Below are positions 26,124-40,638 of a stretch of DNA of 64,000 nucleotides, in pieces. The notes beneath the pieces were generated by a model. That model worked only from the letters and a program-made list of their open reading frames with translations. It did not search any database and was not told the DNA's origin. How positions within the stretch are numbered: position 1 is the first letter of the stretch; every line of letters starts with the position of its first letter. A program made the position numbers and the translations under genes. This stretch comes from Chara braunii (taxonomy: Eukaryota; Plantae; Charophyceae): contig BFEA01000004.1 in the NCBI GenBank assembly GCA_003427395.1, positions 941,587 to 1,005,586 of the forward strand. The letters run 5' to 3'.

Positions 26124-29120
26124 CGCGGGTATGGGTTTGTGTGCGCTTGCGTTTACTAGTGTTTGTTCTGCGACGTGCGACTCGTATGCGCTTGCATTTA
26201 CTAGCGTTTGCTCTGCGATGTGCTCTGCGACTCATATCTTTATGGGCCGCAGAGGGAATTTGTGCCCGCCTGTAAAATCTTTCGATCCTTGTGGTGATCC
26301 TTGGTTACCCTTACTGTTTCCCTCTTCCATTCTATCGCTGTTTCACTCTTTCTCCCCGCTGGCATTGACCCTGACCTTGTCTCTTTGTGTTCATTTTTCT
26401 CCCCTCTCCTTTCTCACCGGATGACAGCGACCACCGCGCCAATCTGTTTGCCTCTTTCCTCATCTCACGGGGTTCCTATCGTCTCGTTGTTCCTGAACGT
26501 GGTTATCTGAAGCTACTTTTTCCCACGTTACCTGCACGTATACGCCCCCCCCAATGTTTTCTTTTTCCAGTCACAGTTCCTTGTCTTGTCGTCTCTAGTT
26601 ACTCCCCCCCTTCCACTCCTCTCTCCGTTCTCTGCGCTATGTTTGCTATTCTCTGACATTTGGTCCTTTGGCGGTCAATTGTCTTGGAACTTTGGCTGTT
26701 TCCTCTCGCGTGTTTTTCATTTCTACCGTGCTCTGAAATTCACCTTTGTAAACACCTCTTGCTCCTGTTTTCTTTATCCCCGTCCTTTGTAGTAATTTGA
26801 TGTTTTCTCCATCTCCTCTGGCGGACTTGTGCGATGCATCGCATTTCACTTTGCTCTCTTCGTCATTCAGACGTGCCCCTTCTCTCCATTGATTTATTCG
26901 ACCGGTGTCGAACGAGATAGAGGCCAGATCTTCTATCTGGCCTTTTCTGTCAAGTAGTGTCCTCTTTGTGCTCCGCTACTGCGTTCTCGTCATTCTTTCC
27001 ACTCGTCTCGCTGGGTTGATTCCCTTTCTTCCCTCCACTTCCTCCTCTGCTTTGTTTTCCCTTTTTATCAAGTCCCTTTCGTCTAGGGGTATAGGACATC
27101 GCTTTTTCTTAGAACATTTGTGTGCATGTTAATCCAACATTTTCATTCCTAGTCAATTGATGGCTTGCTTATCTTGTCTTCCGCTACCACGTAATGCAAA
27201 GCAAGTCGTTCTACGGGCCGCGTTCTTTTCCCTTTCTTTCTTTCACTCATTTTCATTCCTGCATCTATTTCTTGCTGCATTTCGGTTCGTCCGTGCACGT
27301 CTTTCGGTCGAGCGATCGACATCCACTTCTGCATCTCTTTGTGAGAGACCCGATCATTCGGTCTGGCACCCTTTCCGCCCTGAAATTTGCAGAAACCGAA
27401 ATTAATTGTTTGTCCACGTCACCGCCTCTCTTTCTGTGCGTCTCCTCGTCTCATTTTCATCCTGCCCACTCTTCATTCTCCCTCCCTTTAGCATCCTGCT
27501 CTTCTCTTCTCGTCTGGTCATCTACGCGAAAACCGTCTTCACACTCGTTTTCCCTTTTGTACTGCCCTATTGCCTCGACCTGATGCGGAATCTTGTGCAC
27601 ATGTTCACACGCTGGTTCTACTGTTTTTTTTTTTTTGCGTGTACGAGAGCACGTTGGCCACTGCTTGTCGTTAGTCTGTTCCTGGATAGTATCCATAGAG
27701 GGCATCCATCGGCCTCGCCGCACCACTCGCCAATCGCCAACATTCTGCACGAATCTGTACATGGAATTAGTCTGGATACACTCAAAATGTTGACATTTGG
27801 CGAGTGGTGCGGCGAGCCCCCGTGTCTACCCTCTGCTCCTTCTCTTTCTCGCCCCGGCTCTCTCCCCCCATTCGTTCCTCTTGTCTAAGCTGGCTTCGCC
27901 TCTCGAACACTCCGAACCTCTCGTTTCGTTTGCTTCTTGCCCTCCTTGTCAGTTTCTATTTTATTTGATTACTTTTTGTTATTATAGCCTGGTCAGCAAT
28001 TCTGTTTGCGGAATAAAGAATGCCTGTTGAGTTCCTATTATATTTTACTAGTGTTTGATCTCTCGGATTATGCGTTCGCTATATTTCAGTAAATGCGCTT
28101 TTGATGCAAATTCTTTACCTACTTATATATGCCATAAAAGGGCGAGTTGTCCTAAAGCAGCTAATCGTAGTCCTCTTTATGCTGTTCCATGTTGTTGTGC
28201 TTTGCTCAGAATAAACAACAGAACTAACTTCTGCTGTGGCCCGATTCATCCACTTTTCTTTTCTCATGTTTTCACAATGCTGTCCACCTTTATTTAGTGC
28301 TGTAAAATCGTTTTTCGTTTTTCTCCGCGCGTGCTGAAGATTTTTTTCCCCGTTCCAGTCATCTCTGGCTTTCGCATTGTCCTTGTTGCCTGTTCTTTTT
28401 TGTTTCCACTTCCACTGTTTACGTCTATTACAGTAGTTAGTAGGTGTTTTGGGGTTGTTTTGTTGTGTCTCGCCTCGGCCCCCCCCTCACAACCAGTCCT
28501 GTGCCTTTCTTCCGGTTCTTCCGTGATGCCTATGCCGTTTGCATGGTTGGTGATGTTCTTTCCTTTCGTTGATGAACTGAAATAGACTTTGTTTGCCCAA
28601 CGGACGGCGGATCGATCTCTGATTAACGAGGATGCATCGCCCACTGCGCTCCGCTACCAAAGTTGTGCTATTCCTGTCTGTTTTTGTGTGCAAAATCATA
28701 TTTTGCTCAGGATCATCGCTGCAGGGAAAGGAAGAAGGTGAGGGGAAGAAAATGGATAGCAATTATGAAAGGCGGGGAGGGGGGAAAGTATTCGAGAGTC
28801 GATTGGCGGGGGGGAGGGGGCGGCGAACCGGTGCTGGGATGGAGTAGTAGGCGAGTTGCCCAGTTGACTGGATCTGACCCTGTGGCTTTGACAGAAGCTC
28901 GATGACGTTGCTGTTAAATGAAGCCAAGGCAAGTCCTATGGGAAACGACTTTATGCAGTTTGCTTCCTTGAACTTGTGTCGAATAAAGGCAAAGTCGGGA
29001 AGCTATTTTTTTTTCTTTTGTTTTCTTGGGTGTGTTTGCTTTCGGGACGAGGTAGGGGGAAGCGAGCAGTATATTCCTGGGACTTGCATTGCGGAATATG
29101 CCGCAGAAACTGTTGAAGAA

Positions 29121-29192
<72 letters not shown>

Positions 29193-29475
29193 ATGATACT
29201 ATCAAGAAATTCCGGCAGTTGACAGTGTTCGGTCTGAGAATCCTGCTACGGGTGGCGAGGAAGCCCGCAGCGGCGTCAGAGGCTTAGTTCTGCCGGCCAG
29301 TTCACATTGTCAGTAGAGAGCATACATTAGGAATCCTCAGTCGATATGATGATGGATAAAAAAGCCGATCCCATGGATGTCTTTAGAAATTCACTTGTGT
29401 ATACTCAAATAGGGACGTGTGGTGACTCGTCGAGAGTATTCATGTCGAGATGGTTGGGGGTGATTTCTTTTGTAT

Positions 29476-29792
29476 TATTGGCGCTTTCTAAAGATGTGTT
29501 ACGGGAGTACGGCGGATGGGCCAAACGGCGCAAAGTCCGCCGTTCACTTCCGTCCCTCGCCTGTCGTTATATAATAACTAAGAACCTCCTGATCCCGCAT
29601 GTGCCAAAAATAATTCCGTGAGATCAATCAAACCACGATCAATCGATCACTGAAACGAAAGATTGACTGGTGTTGGGAAAAACAAAAAAGATTGACTAGT
29701 TAGTTGACTAACAGATTGATGGATTGATGGATTGACAGAATAGAACAGTGGATACAGCAACAGTTACACTGATTGATTAAGAGGGGGGAAGA

Positions 29793-29826
<34 letters not shown>

Positions 29827-30543
29827 AGATTGATAGATTGATAGATGATCGATTAAAGGACCGCGAAAGTGAGATTGGTAGCGACTACTTGTTGATTTTT
29901 TATTGACAAATAGATAGGTTGATAACAGCAGGATAACGGAGCAGCCTCTCTTCGGTTACGTAGCGGTCCTTGGCGGGACTGCATAATACGGTCCACATCA
30001 TGCATCAGGGCCCGGCAACGCTCAAACGCCCGACCCAACCTAAAACGGATTTTCTCATCGACCTATTAAGATTGCCTAAAGCAGCACACTCTCTCGACTT
30101 CCAACTAAGTGGCGAAGGCATTGTGAGGCATCAGAGAAAGGTTGTTTCTCCCACCTTTGGCGAATCGAAGAACCCATATTCTGGTGTGGGCGAACAAGTC
30201 CCGGAGCAAAAACAAAAGACACAGTTGGTTGATTCCCTCCCTATCCCTAGACCTGACCCCTCTTACCGAGCCTCTCCCCCGCTGTGTGCCCTCTCGACAG
30301 GTGCCGACGACGACCTCCTGATGTTTTTGTTCCAATTTTTGTTGCATGTCTTGTGCAATCGACGCAACAAATCTTCGGGGATCAGCGACTGGCACCGGTA
30401 CAAAACGAGCGTGTAGGCAATTGACGAACGCGGTAATCATTTCGCTTGGTGTTGTGGAATGAGTGAGAGGCAATGAAGTCGACTATCAAGGTGGAGCTGG
30501 GCGATAACATAGCCTGCTAACACATCTTTAGAAAACGCCAGTG
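29476..30543. mobile_element. Possible non-autonomous CACTA/CACTG-type element in intron 1
   Basis: 22/23-bp inverted repeat (29479-29501 vs 30518-30540); right end reads CACTG on the minus strand; no TSD seen. Confidence 0.35.
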
Positions 30544-32646
30544 AGCTCTTGGATGCACGGACGAATAATCAATGAGTGTTCCGAAAAGACTGGAGGACTG
30601 GGATTCAACGAGTGCAGGTTAGTGAATGGTGGCAATGAAAGAAATGAAGTGATTGGCTGTAGCGCCTACCCACCTAGGCGCGTCGTATCCTTCTGGCTTC
30701 GCTGAAATCGAATGTGAAGATATTTGAGAGTATTAATTAATGTTGCGATTCGCTGATTATTTGTGTAATGGGACGCTGGACCTGATTTCAAGCAGGTGTC
30801 GCTCCCCACCAATAGACTGGAGCAAAGTGAATTAAAAAAGGAAAATTGAGATAATTCATTATTGAGATATCGTAGCGAGGCCGATCGCTACAAGTCCAAT
30901 TACGCACACAAAACTTCTGCGCGGATACAGACATACAACGCCCATGCACATCAAAGCTCCTGCATGGACACCGACGTACAACGCCCACATTCCCTGACGC
31001 GTTTCCCCTGGCTGCACTCCTGACCAATCAAAGGGTGAAGCCCACTCCCGCGTCCTCTTCACAATCCTGTCTAAGAAAGGCGTCCCTACGATGAGAAGCC
31101 CGCTTCTCTTCCTTCTCCCCCCCTTCCCGGGCTTTCTCCGACTATCAGAAATATCCGGGAAAAGGTGTGATGTAGGATGCTATCTTGTTTTGAGAAATCC
31201 TGCCTCCACCATTATTAAATAAAAACGGGGTGCTGAAAATAGCAATGAGAATATTTCAAAAATTATGATAGGTGCCGCCTGTAGGTGTATATCGCGGCCG
31301 CGACCAGTATCGCTTTGCCTACCTTACTCGCCCTGCACAGAGTTAGCTCCGCGTCATCATGAACGTATTTAGGCTCTATTCTGGTCAAATACCCCCTTGA
31401 TAATAGGGAGTTACGTTCGAGGGAACAAGGTAGGCGGGAGCTCCCTCGCTATGAACATGAATGCATGGGTAGTGAAGGAATGAATCACATTTGTTGATTG
31501 CGGGCCGCCCTAAGTGGGGTCCCACCTCGAATGATTGACTGCATTGCCGACTGCTCTGGTGAATGAATCAAACCATGATAGTTGACGATAAGTGAACGAG
31601 TGAACTTAGCAATGGATGCGCGGGTGTGGAACGAAACTGAACCTGTACAGCGGCTGCATTTGATGAATGTGAGATCCCTTGGCGTCAGGAGGTAGTAGCG
31701 TATTTGATTACAGGAGAAGATACCTTGTACCTGAGCTAGAGGGCGGGACTCAGGGACCGTGTAGGAAAGGCCAGCCATAAATTGGGAAGTCAACTGGAAG
31801 GGGAGAATGTTTAAGCCTTGAGAGAAAATATGCGACAGATAGGAACACGGTTCTCGATCCTGGATGGGTTCCCTCAATTCTCTGATGGAGAGACAATGGG
31901 AGAGAGGGAGTCACTGAACTGAACCCATTGAAAAGAATTTTGTGTACTGCTCCATATGAAGGGTCCTTTGGGCCTGGCAGATACAAAAACGGAGCTCCTC
32001 GATCCCACCCCACCGCTTACATGTTTCTCAGACCAGACCATCTGAGAGATCTCGAAGTTGGGACGAATGGTTGTCTCCCATCCCGACCTTTTGGCAATAT
32101 CCTTAGCTACATTGCAGGCAGGGAAGAATTAAGGGGGAACCCTGTGCATGAGCGGACAGAGGGTGGGTGGGAACCTTTGGTCTGGTCGTCTGGGCAGGTC
32201 CTAGACACCAATCCNCAGAGGGTGGGTGGGAACCTTTGGTCTGGTCGTCTGGGCAGGTCCTAGACACCAATCCATACAGGCTACAAGCCCAAAGATACAG
32301 AGCTGTGCCTCAGTTGCTAGGCTGTGGCCTCTCTCCCTGTAAGTCCATTGGGACACGTGCAAAACTCTGCGGGAGCTTGCTCAGGTCTGCAGAGTGTGGT
32401 GTATAACTGGTTTGGATGCCAGACCCAGTCCCTTGAACGTCACCCTCTTGGCGCAGTGAGAACCAATGTCTTGGACTAAACTTTGGAAATTCATCACAAT
32501 ATTCTTTCCGGGTGTATGTGGTGCGTTCTATGCCATGTTTAGTTAAGTCACACGTGAATAGCAGTGGATAATGATGATGATGGGAACATGAGGATTGACA
32601 TTTGTCCTTGTGTGATTTTGCGCAATCTCCTGTTCTTCTGATGCAG

Positions 32647-32753
32647 ACGCTTCTGCAACGGCTTGATTCCAAGGACTGGGTGGTCATTTCGGAAGCCTTG
32701 AACAACGTGCGGCAACTTGCTATCTATAGAAAACAGGACATATCTTCAATTCT
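32647..32753 (+). CDS. ARM/HEAT-repeat protein, coding exon 2
   Basis: cag|TLLQRLDSKDWVVISEALNNVRQLAIYRKQDISSI+CT|gtaagt; conserved LDSKDW...LNNVR motif; phase 0 to 2. Confidence 0.9.
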
Positions 32754-34929
32754 GTAAGTTATGCCAATCGTATGGCCTGCCTCTAGCTGGCAAGTGCACC
32801 AAAGTTTCAATGCAAATTTGGCAAGGAATCGTCAGAAAACCTTCATCTAAGTTGTGGTTCCTTCTTTCTGAAAAGTATAATCACCAGCTTGTTGTCTCCT
32901 ATGCCTTTCAGGATGAGTTTCTTGTCTTCTGTTTAGTTGGTTATAATAATCTTTTTGCACTATGTCAATTTCTGCTCTTTCTTTCCTTTCCTACTAAAGC
33001 AAGGGCACTCTCTTCCTCGATATCCTCCTCTGAGGTCTTGGGCATAAGGTTACACCATTGTACATTGCTTTCCCGGCCGCTACAACTGGGGCACCAAGCC
33101 ATGTGGTTCTCGTTATCTGTAGTCCTCAGCCGCTTTTCAAGCAGGGATGATTGCTTTCCTTTTCTTTTCTCTTTTTTTCTTTTCGCTTTCTCATTTCTTC
33201 GATTTCATGGTACTTCGCTGCTTTCCCTCCCACCTTGACTGGGAAGCCAATCAGAGTGGCATTCTCAATACAATGTGTTTGTGCTATCGCCGTAGTCAGG
33301 CCCATTTCAGCAGCGGCGATTCGTTTCTCTTTTCTCTTTTTCTGTCATTCGTTTTGTTGGATTTCTATTCTGCCTCTCTCTTGGAATTCCATTACATTGT
33401 GGGGACCGTCACCACAGTTCACTTTCCCCCACTAGCGCAGATTCCTTCGAAGTGCAATAGTGCATGTTTGTTACGTTCTTCAGGGGCGCGCATTTGGAGT
33501 GCAGGAATGAATGTAGCCTATGACGTTGTGTCTGAACCCAAACTGTGCCAGCACTTTCATCTCCAAAGCTTGTGCTTACCCCAGAGTCTTTCATGGTTAG
33601 TCACTGTCGATCGGTCTGCTCTCATTACGCATCTCCTCCTTGGGTGCCAATGGAGAGATTGAGGATGGGCGGCTTGGTTACAGAAATATGACAATGAAGG
33701 GGACGTGCGTGGCCATCTTTGTGCCGTTGGGTTGTCTCGCACATGGTATGCTGAGCCGTGTGGAATGTTGGCATTTATCACAGGTCGACAGTTCCTGACT
33801 GTGTGTGAGCTTTTGGCTTTAGCTCCTCTTCTGAGCTCCTGTTTGTGTCCCGTATTTAGTGTGTCACCGTCACTGATGTGAGTGTCTTTATTTTGTTTTC
33901 CTTATCTGCTGGGCTTGTGTAGATGTTATGCACCCGGACCCAGCAGATTAAGTGTAGCACAGTTTGTGCCATCTTGCTCTTAAGTGTAGCACAGTTTGTG
34001 CTATCTTGCTCTAAGGTCACAACTACATTTCAGAGGCTTCTGGACTCCAGGAGGGCCTGCCTTTTTCGTGATGACCTGTAGTGGCCTGTCTGCTGCTATG
34101 GATTTTCTTGGAGCTACAGACCCTGCCCTCAGTTTTACTGGATTTAGTGGTGGGTATGAAGCCCCGTTGCCTCCGAGCCTGGTCTACCAAACCTTGCCTC
34201 TGCCGGCAGAGGCAGGCCATTGGTCCAGGCTGTGGAGCGGCGATGAGGGCCGGCTTGCAATGGCATCTAGTTTTTATTTCGCCTCTGTTCACCATGGATT
34301 TCGTGTTGGTTTGAATGTTCCTCAGATCCGACCTTCCCCCACCAGAGCTACAAAGCGAAGATATTCACGCTGCCTTTGTACGTGCTGCTGCATTATGATT
34401 TTTCAGCGGTGTCGGGTGCAGACCCGGCTGAATATAGATGGGCTTTATGGTGAACCTTCGACGCCTCAGGCTAAAAGAGCAACATCAGGAGTCATGGAGC
34501 GTCCTACCAGAGACGTTGATACAGTCAGGCTGGATGATCTTACTATGCCTGGTCAACCACTGAGGCTCGGTGAGAGCCATTTCAGTGCCTCCTGGCCTCT
34601 ATAGCAAACCCAGATATAGAAGACTGGCCCACGTACTCCGCCAGTTGAAAGTAACCTGCACCAATTGTGCCTGTTACTTCACTTTTAAGTGAAAGTTGTG
34701 AAACCTGTGGCAGTGCTCCAGCTCCCTAAGGTTCTAGCCAACAAACGTGAAGGAGATTAAAATGGGGTGAACACCTGCACAACAGTCTGAACGGAAACCA
34801 ACACACGAGGGGAACGGAAACCAACACACGAGGGGAATACCATGTTAAAGCTCGCTAAGGGGATTTTGGTTGAGAGGCACCCTTGACTTGGGACACCATT
34901 TGAGCAACATCCGTGTCTTGTTAGAACGT

Positions 34930-35197
34930 CTTAGTGTGTAAATTTACTACAAAACAAACTTTTTTTTCTCTCTTCTCTGTGAATCTCGACCTGCATTTGA
35001 GCGGCGTCCAACAATGAGTGCCATAGGATGCCGATAATGCATTTCGTTATAGATCCCCTAGCTTAGTGTGTAAATTTACTACAAAACAAACTTTTTTTTC
35101 TCTCTTCTCTGTGAATCTCTGCCTGCATTTGAGCGGCGTCCAACAATGAGTGCCATAGGATGCTGAGAATGCATTTTGTTACAGATCCCCTAGCTTA
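34930..35197. repeat. 132-bp tandem duplication in intron 2
   Basis: cttagtgtgtaaatttactac at 34930 and 35062; a few mismatches. Confidence 0.9.
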
Positions 35198-35620
35198 CTC
35201 AGGACATTCTCCATAGTAGGGGGTATCACTTTAATCTTGAAAGTGTCTTTCTGATCCCCCCCCGCCTGCCCCCCCCTCCCCCCCCGCAATCCCCTCTTTC
35301 CCTTCCCTTCTCTTTAGCTGAGTGCGCTGCAGGTTCTTCACAATGACTTTTAATACCATTAGTTTGGGCCTGAGCTGCTGTACTGTGACACGACTAAAAT
35401 CATGTTTGATTGAGTGCAAGATTATATCATTATACATATTCTTGCACTCTGCAAGTCTAGGTGTGGTCCCTCTTACTCTGTTGCGCATTTATAGTGAACC
35501 ACGTGCACATGCATGAGATAATGTCGAGCTGCAAATTTGCCCCTCCCCCCCTTCTGTGGCATTTGCTTTGGCAAGCTTGCTGTTCACAGTGAATGATATC
35601 GCTGTGTGGTGCATGTGCAG

Positions 35621-35753
35621 TGACAAGATTGTTGGATCAATCATCAAATCCATCAAGAACCCTAGAAGTGCACTGTGCAAGACAGCTATCATGGCCACTG
35701 CTGATTTGTTTCGCTGCTTTGGAGATGAGATGGCGGTCCATGTGGACTCCTTG
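35621..35753 (+). CDS. ARM/HEAT-repeat protein, coding exon 3
   Basis: gcag|T+DKIVGSIIKSIKNPRSALCKTAIMATADLF...VDSL|gtgagt; completes the split Leu codon. Confidence 0.92.
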
Positions 35754-37441
35754 GTGAGTACAGTTTCAGCCTTGGTTTTCTTGTGCTGCTATCTGGAGCC
35801 TAGAGCTTGTTTTGCAATCGCAATTGCGTTGTGCGAATATCTTGGATAGTCAGGAAATGCCTTGGTAATTGTGTTTCTATTTACACGTTTGGTTTGGCTA
35901 GGTGATTCCACCTCTTCCCCCCCCCCCCCCCCCCCTCTTACCCACCCCCGCTATTTCACTTGAATCACCATTACTTCGGGCCTTTCCTTGTACTTTGATG
36001 AACAAGGAGCTGCGGTTAGGTTCAGCCTACTGGACCGAAGACGTTGTGGCCCTTGGCAGGCCCCATGCTGGGACGATTTAAAGGTTGAGGAGCCGCCAAA
36101 ATTGGTCATCGGGAAAAAGAGGCCATATGTCGTGGTGCGCTAACACCTATGCCAGAGTGCTCTTAAGCGGGTGAGTGTAAATGCGCTTTTAATTGACAGA
36201 TGTGTGGGGACTTGCTGCTCATCCGCACGTGCATGGGGAACCCAGATTTCTATAAACCAATGGATCACGAAAAATCATGGCAGTTGACAAAGTCCCAGCA
36301 CTCGCGGAAATTATATGCATTTAGAGTCACATGACAGCACTTGTACCGTGACTATAACCGGTAAGCACTTTTCAACTCCTGCTTCAACCTTCCACGAGCA
36401 TAACGAGCTGTTTTTGTTAAATTAGAAAATCAATACACAGAATACACAGAACCTAATATGAAAACCCGGATTGAGGCATAGTGCATGGGATGAAGAGCAG
36501 TACTCCATACATGGGTTGATGATTACATGAATGGGCACAAAAGGGCTTAAACCACCAGTTCATGGACCCGTGCTATTCACCAAAACGAAGTACAGTGGAA
36601 CCGTGGCAAGATGAACAGCGATCCGGCACGGTGCAGGTTTGGACGGAAAAGGCTGGTGGGCGCAAAAACAAAACGATTGAAAGCGAAATAGCAAAACAAA
36701 AAAAGAAAAAGAAAAGAAATGAGAAACGGGGCTTGACTGCACCATTTACTCAGACGCCCTGCCTTGCTGGCAGGGCACTAATCTTAGAAAGAAAGGAAAC
36801 AAAACAAAACAAGAAAGAAAACAAAGACCCATTTTTTTGGACATAATACTCATCCGATACATTCAGGAAAGTAGTAGCGTGAGTATGCCCTGGGTGAGGG
36901 CATTCCTGTGAATGTGAAGAGGAGGAAAGAAGCAAAAGGAAACAAAGAAAAAAGGAATGGAGTATATGGACGTGATAGCGGTCAGATACATTCTGGAAAG
37001 TAGTAGTGTGAGTATGCCCTCAGTGAGGGCCTTTCCTGAGAACGTGGAAAACGTCCGCCTTGCTGGCAGGGCACTAAACGAGAGAAGAAGGGAAAAAAAA
37101 AGACAATGATTTGGCCGTGATAGTGGTCAGATACATTCTGGACAGCACTGTTGTGAGTATGCCCTAGGTCAGAGATGCCTTCCCCCACATCTCTTGTCTG
37201 CATCTCTTTTCTGCGACTTTCATGAAATGGCAATGGCCTCTGTTCATCATTGCTCTGGATTTAGTTTTTTTTCTTTCTTCTTTTTTTGCTTGTCGTTTCG
37301 GTGCCATCTGCTGGCATGAGGTACAACACTCGAGTTTCAAGGTAGGCTGGTATTGGTACCAAAATATTTTGCTTTTCAGCCTGTCGCTGTAACAGTCGGG
37401 CTCGGAAAAGTGCAACTTTTGGTTCGTCAATATAGGTTCGT

Positions 37442-37599
37442 GTGAACCACCAGTATTTCCTGAAGTTGTGTCGGTTAAGAAGCCACAGTTTTAGGAAACG
37501 TACGCGCCACTACAGGAGCGCCCAAATTCATCCGACTAGAAATGTTTCTACTCTATTTTTTTGGGCTGCGGATAGCTGGGCCAAGTACTGGTGGTGTAA
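37442..37599. mobile_element. Diverged ACCACCAGTAC-TIR MITE
   Basis: gtgaaccaccagtattt...aagtactggtggtgtaa. Confidence 0.5.
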
Positions 37600-38078
37600 C
37601 AGGGACCCCTGTTTTCAGCTCCTTGGTTAATGGGTTCAAAACTGAAATTATGGTTTGGGGGTCAAATTTTATGTGTTTTTTTTTTGCCTGTTTTTGTTGT
37701 GGTTGGTGGCAAGTTTGATTAAAATGACGCTTGGGTCTTGCTATAAATGGCATGACGAATTGCCAGAAAATTTAGGCCTCTGTTAACCTTGCTGTCTGTG
37801 TGTGACACGAAGGACCGGATGAAATAAGAAGAATGAAAGTAATCTGAGGAAGGAAATGGGGAGTGGGACTGTCTCATCAGAGAACATTGATTTCTTTCAG
37901 TTTTTACTTATTTTTTTTAACAAGGGGCTGGCCCCTAACCTTATTGCATCCATCTGATTCAGCCACATGGACTAGGTGCCAACATACTAATGATCTCCCT
38001 GTAAAATGGTTTCATTTTAGGTGCGAACGTCTGCTAATGATCTCTCTGTAAAATGGTTTCATTTTGGCTTTCTGGCAG

Positions 38079-38273
38079 CTTCTGCAGCTTTTGCTAAAAG
38101 CTTCCCAAGATAAGCGGTTCGTTTGCGAGGAAGCAGAAAAGACACTCTTTGTTATGATAGAGTCTCTGGCTCCTGCTGCCATTCTTGAGAAACTCATCAG
38201 CTACGCTGCCCACAGAAACCCGCGAGTAAGGGCCAAGGCAACTGTATGTGTACACAACAGTGCTGCACGACTG
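38079..38273 (+). CDS. ARM/HEAT-repeat protein, coding exon 4
   Basis: cag|LLQLLLKASQDKRFVCEEAEK...HRNPRVRAKA...SAARL|gtaagt; 65 codons. Confidence 0.92.
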
Positions 38274-38654
38274 GTAAGTGTTTCTTTTCTCTCTCGCCAA
38301 CCTCTGCCTTCCTATGAGCTTTTAACCTTTAATTTCATTCCTTGGTTTTATGGTCGTGAATCGAGTTCTCCTGACAATCTTTATCCAACTGAAAATAGGT
38401 ACTGAATGTTGCTATTTTCTAAGATCTTTGTGTGAAAACACCATCGGCTCAGACATGCTTTCCTATGATTCTATTCTTCGACTCCCTTCTAAATTGGCTT
38501 CGACTTGTTCCACAAGGTGTGCTGGCTCTGTTCGAGGGTTTCACAAGAGAGTACAAGTTGTGACTGTGCCTTTCAGGCTGAGAATTGACTGAATCACGAA
38601 AGGGTAGTTCTCATTCTGGGCTGTCCCGTCCCAGAGGCGGTAGAGACGTTTTGC

Positions 38655-38819
38655 TTAAACCACCAGTACCCCAGATGGTCTTAGGCCCCCGCGTTAACGG
38701 CCTAAAGACGTGGAGGTACTGGTGGGGAGGCTCTGATGCGAATGCTTATGGACCTGCACGGCGCACCGATTCAGCCACTGCGTTAACGGCCTAAAAACGT
38801 GGAGGTACTGGTGGTTTAA
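38655..38819. mobile_element. TTAA-flanked ACCACCAGTACC-TIR MITE
   Basis: Perfect 16-bp inverted ends ttaaaccaccagtacc / ggtactggtggtttaa. Confidence 0.75.
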
Positions 38820-39567
38820 CTGTTTCTTCTGCGATCCGAGAAAGGAAGCACTGCCCTCTGGACATGCCAGAACTGCAGGTACCCAGACCCTAGAAAGGGA
38901 AGCATTGCCCTCTGGGCATGCCAAAACTGCAGGGCAAGACGTCGTGGCCTGATTTGCCTGTCCTGCTAAGCCCGTAGAAAATCGCATTCAGGCCTATACT
39001 GCTGGCGTTATGCGCCTGCTTAAACGACTTCCACTGAGAGGCTCCCTTACGCAAAGGCAGATCTGCCTAGAGTTGGAGCCCCACTACAGACAGCCAAACT
39101 CCAGTCCCCACAGTCCCTCTAAATGGTCCAAACAATGGTCTCCACGTCTGGGCCTTCCTCTTGGACTCCCTCTAACCATGAATGATCAACTTCCTTGGGG
39201 TGGTTGGGCACGGGTGAGATGGGGGATGGGGTGCAGCATGAGTAGTGATAAGAAGAAGCTGAAGCCGACCTCCTCCTTTTCCTCCTGATCTTCTCCTCCT
39301 CCTCCTCGCCTTCCTGCTATTCCTCCTCCCCACCATGTTGTTGTTTATCGAAGCCAATCTTATAAAAGAGAGGTGGTAAAAAAATCGAGATCCAGAAACA
39401 CTGCATGGCGTTCTGTGAGTTTGATCTGAACAACTGTCATTGTCCTGCGTTTGCAATAGGAAACAGACAGCAGGAAGCATTACCCGGTCCTCGCCTCAGG
39501 AGCTTAGATAACGTATGCAAAAAGAGGTGTAGGATATTTAATGAAACGAGCGTGGATGCACAGAGCA

Positions 39568-39628
<61 letters not shown>

Positions 39629-39715
39629 GTGTGTGTTCTCATGCTTGCCATGCAGAACGCCGCAAAAAAAGCATGACTGTGCCAGACTGTTTCGTCGGAC
39701 TTTCAATGACTCGTT

Positions 39716-39942
39716 NNNNNNNNNNNNNNNNNNNNNNNNNNNNNNNNNNNNNNNNNNNNNNNNNNNNNNNNNNNNNNNNNNNNNNNNNNNNNNNNNNNNN
39801 NNNNNNNNNNNNNNNNNNNNNNNNNNNNNNNNNNNNNNNNNNNNNNNNNNNNNNNNNNNNNNNNNNNNNNNNNNNNNNNNNNNNNNNNNNNNNNNNNNNN
39901 NNNNNNNNNNNNNNNNNNNNNNNNNNNNNNNNNNNNNNNNNN
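39716..39942. other. Assembly gap
   Basis: Run of N. Confidence 1.
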
Positions 39943-40062
39943 GACGAACTGTTGCAGAACAAATCCTGCAGCAGCTAGACAACCTTGTTTTGGATGACCC
40001 CCTCTTGCCACAGTCGTTGTGTCCATAGAGAAGGAATCAATGCCGAGGAAACCCAAGACACC

Positions 40063-40242
40063 TGCTCAATGCCGTTCTGTGATTATCCACCTGAGATTCG
40101 GCTAGCATGTGGGTTGCATCCATTGTGTCATGAGGATTATGAAGATACAGCGCGTGCGTCTTTTTGTTTTCATATGTATGATGACAGTCAATACTGCACT
40201 CACGTCTGACACCCTGACATGTCACGTCCAACTTGTAGACAA
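40063..40242 (+). pseudogene. Decayed RING-like Cys/His domain fragment in intron 4
   Basis: CSMPFC...LACGLHPLCHED...YCTHV*HPDMSRPTCRQ. Confidence 0.4.
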
Positions 40243-40547
40243 GTACTTGAACGGCAAATGCTTTTATAATTGCGGTTGGCGTGCCCGTGTTCCTTGCCTG
40301 TGGGAGCCACGTTGCCTGTGATATCTGTCTACGCCGTGGCATTCGGTGCAGCAACTGTGGCTGTGAGAATTGGATGCGATGCTTCCACAGTCCGCAACCG
40401 AATTGGTGCTGTCCGGTCTGTAGAGGTGGCCACCTACCATAGCCAACAGCTACTCCTCAACAAAATCATCCTGCAACCCGGGCACTGACTGACCTCTCGT
40501 GTCATTCTAGAGTGGTCTGCTCCAATGGTGTGTATACAGAACCTACT

Positions 40548-40638
<91 letters not shown>

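Noticed and set aside
32157-32275. 59-bp duplication around a single N at 32215
   Set aside because: Likely an assembly overlap artefact
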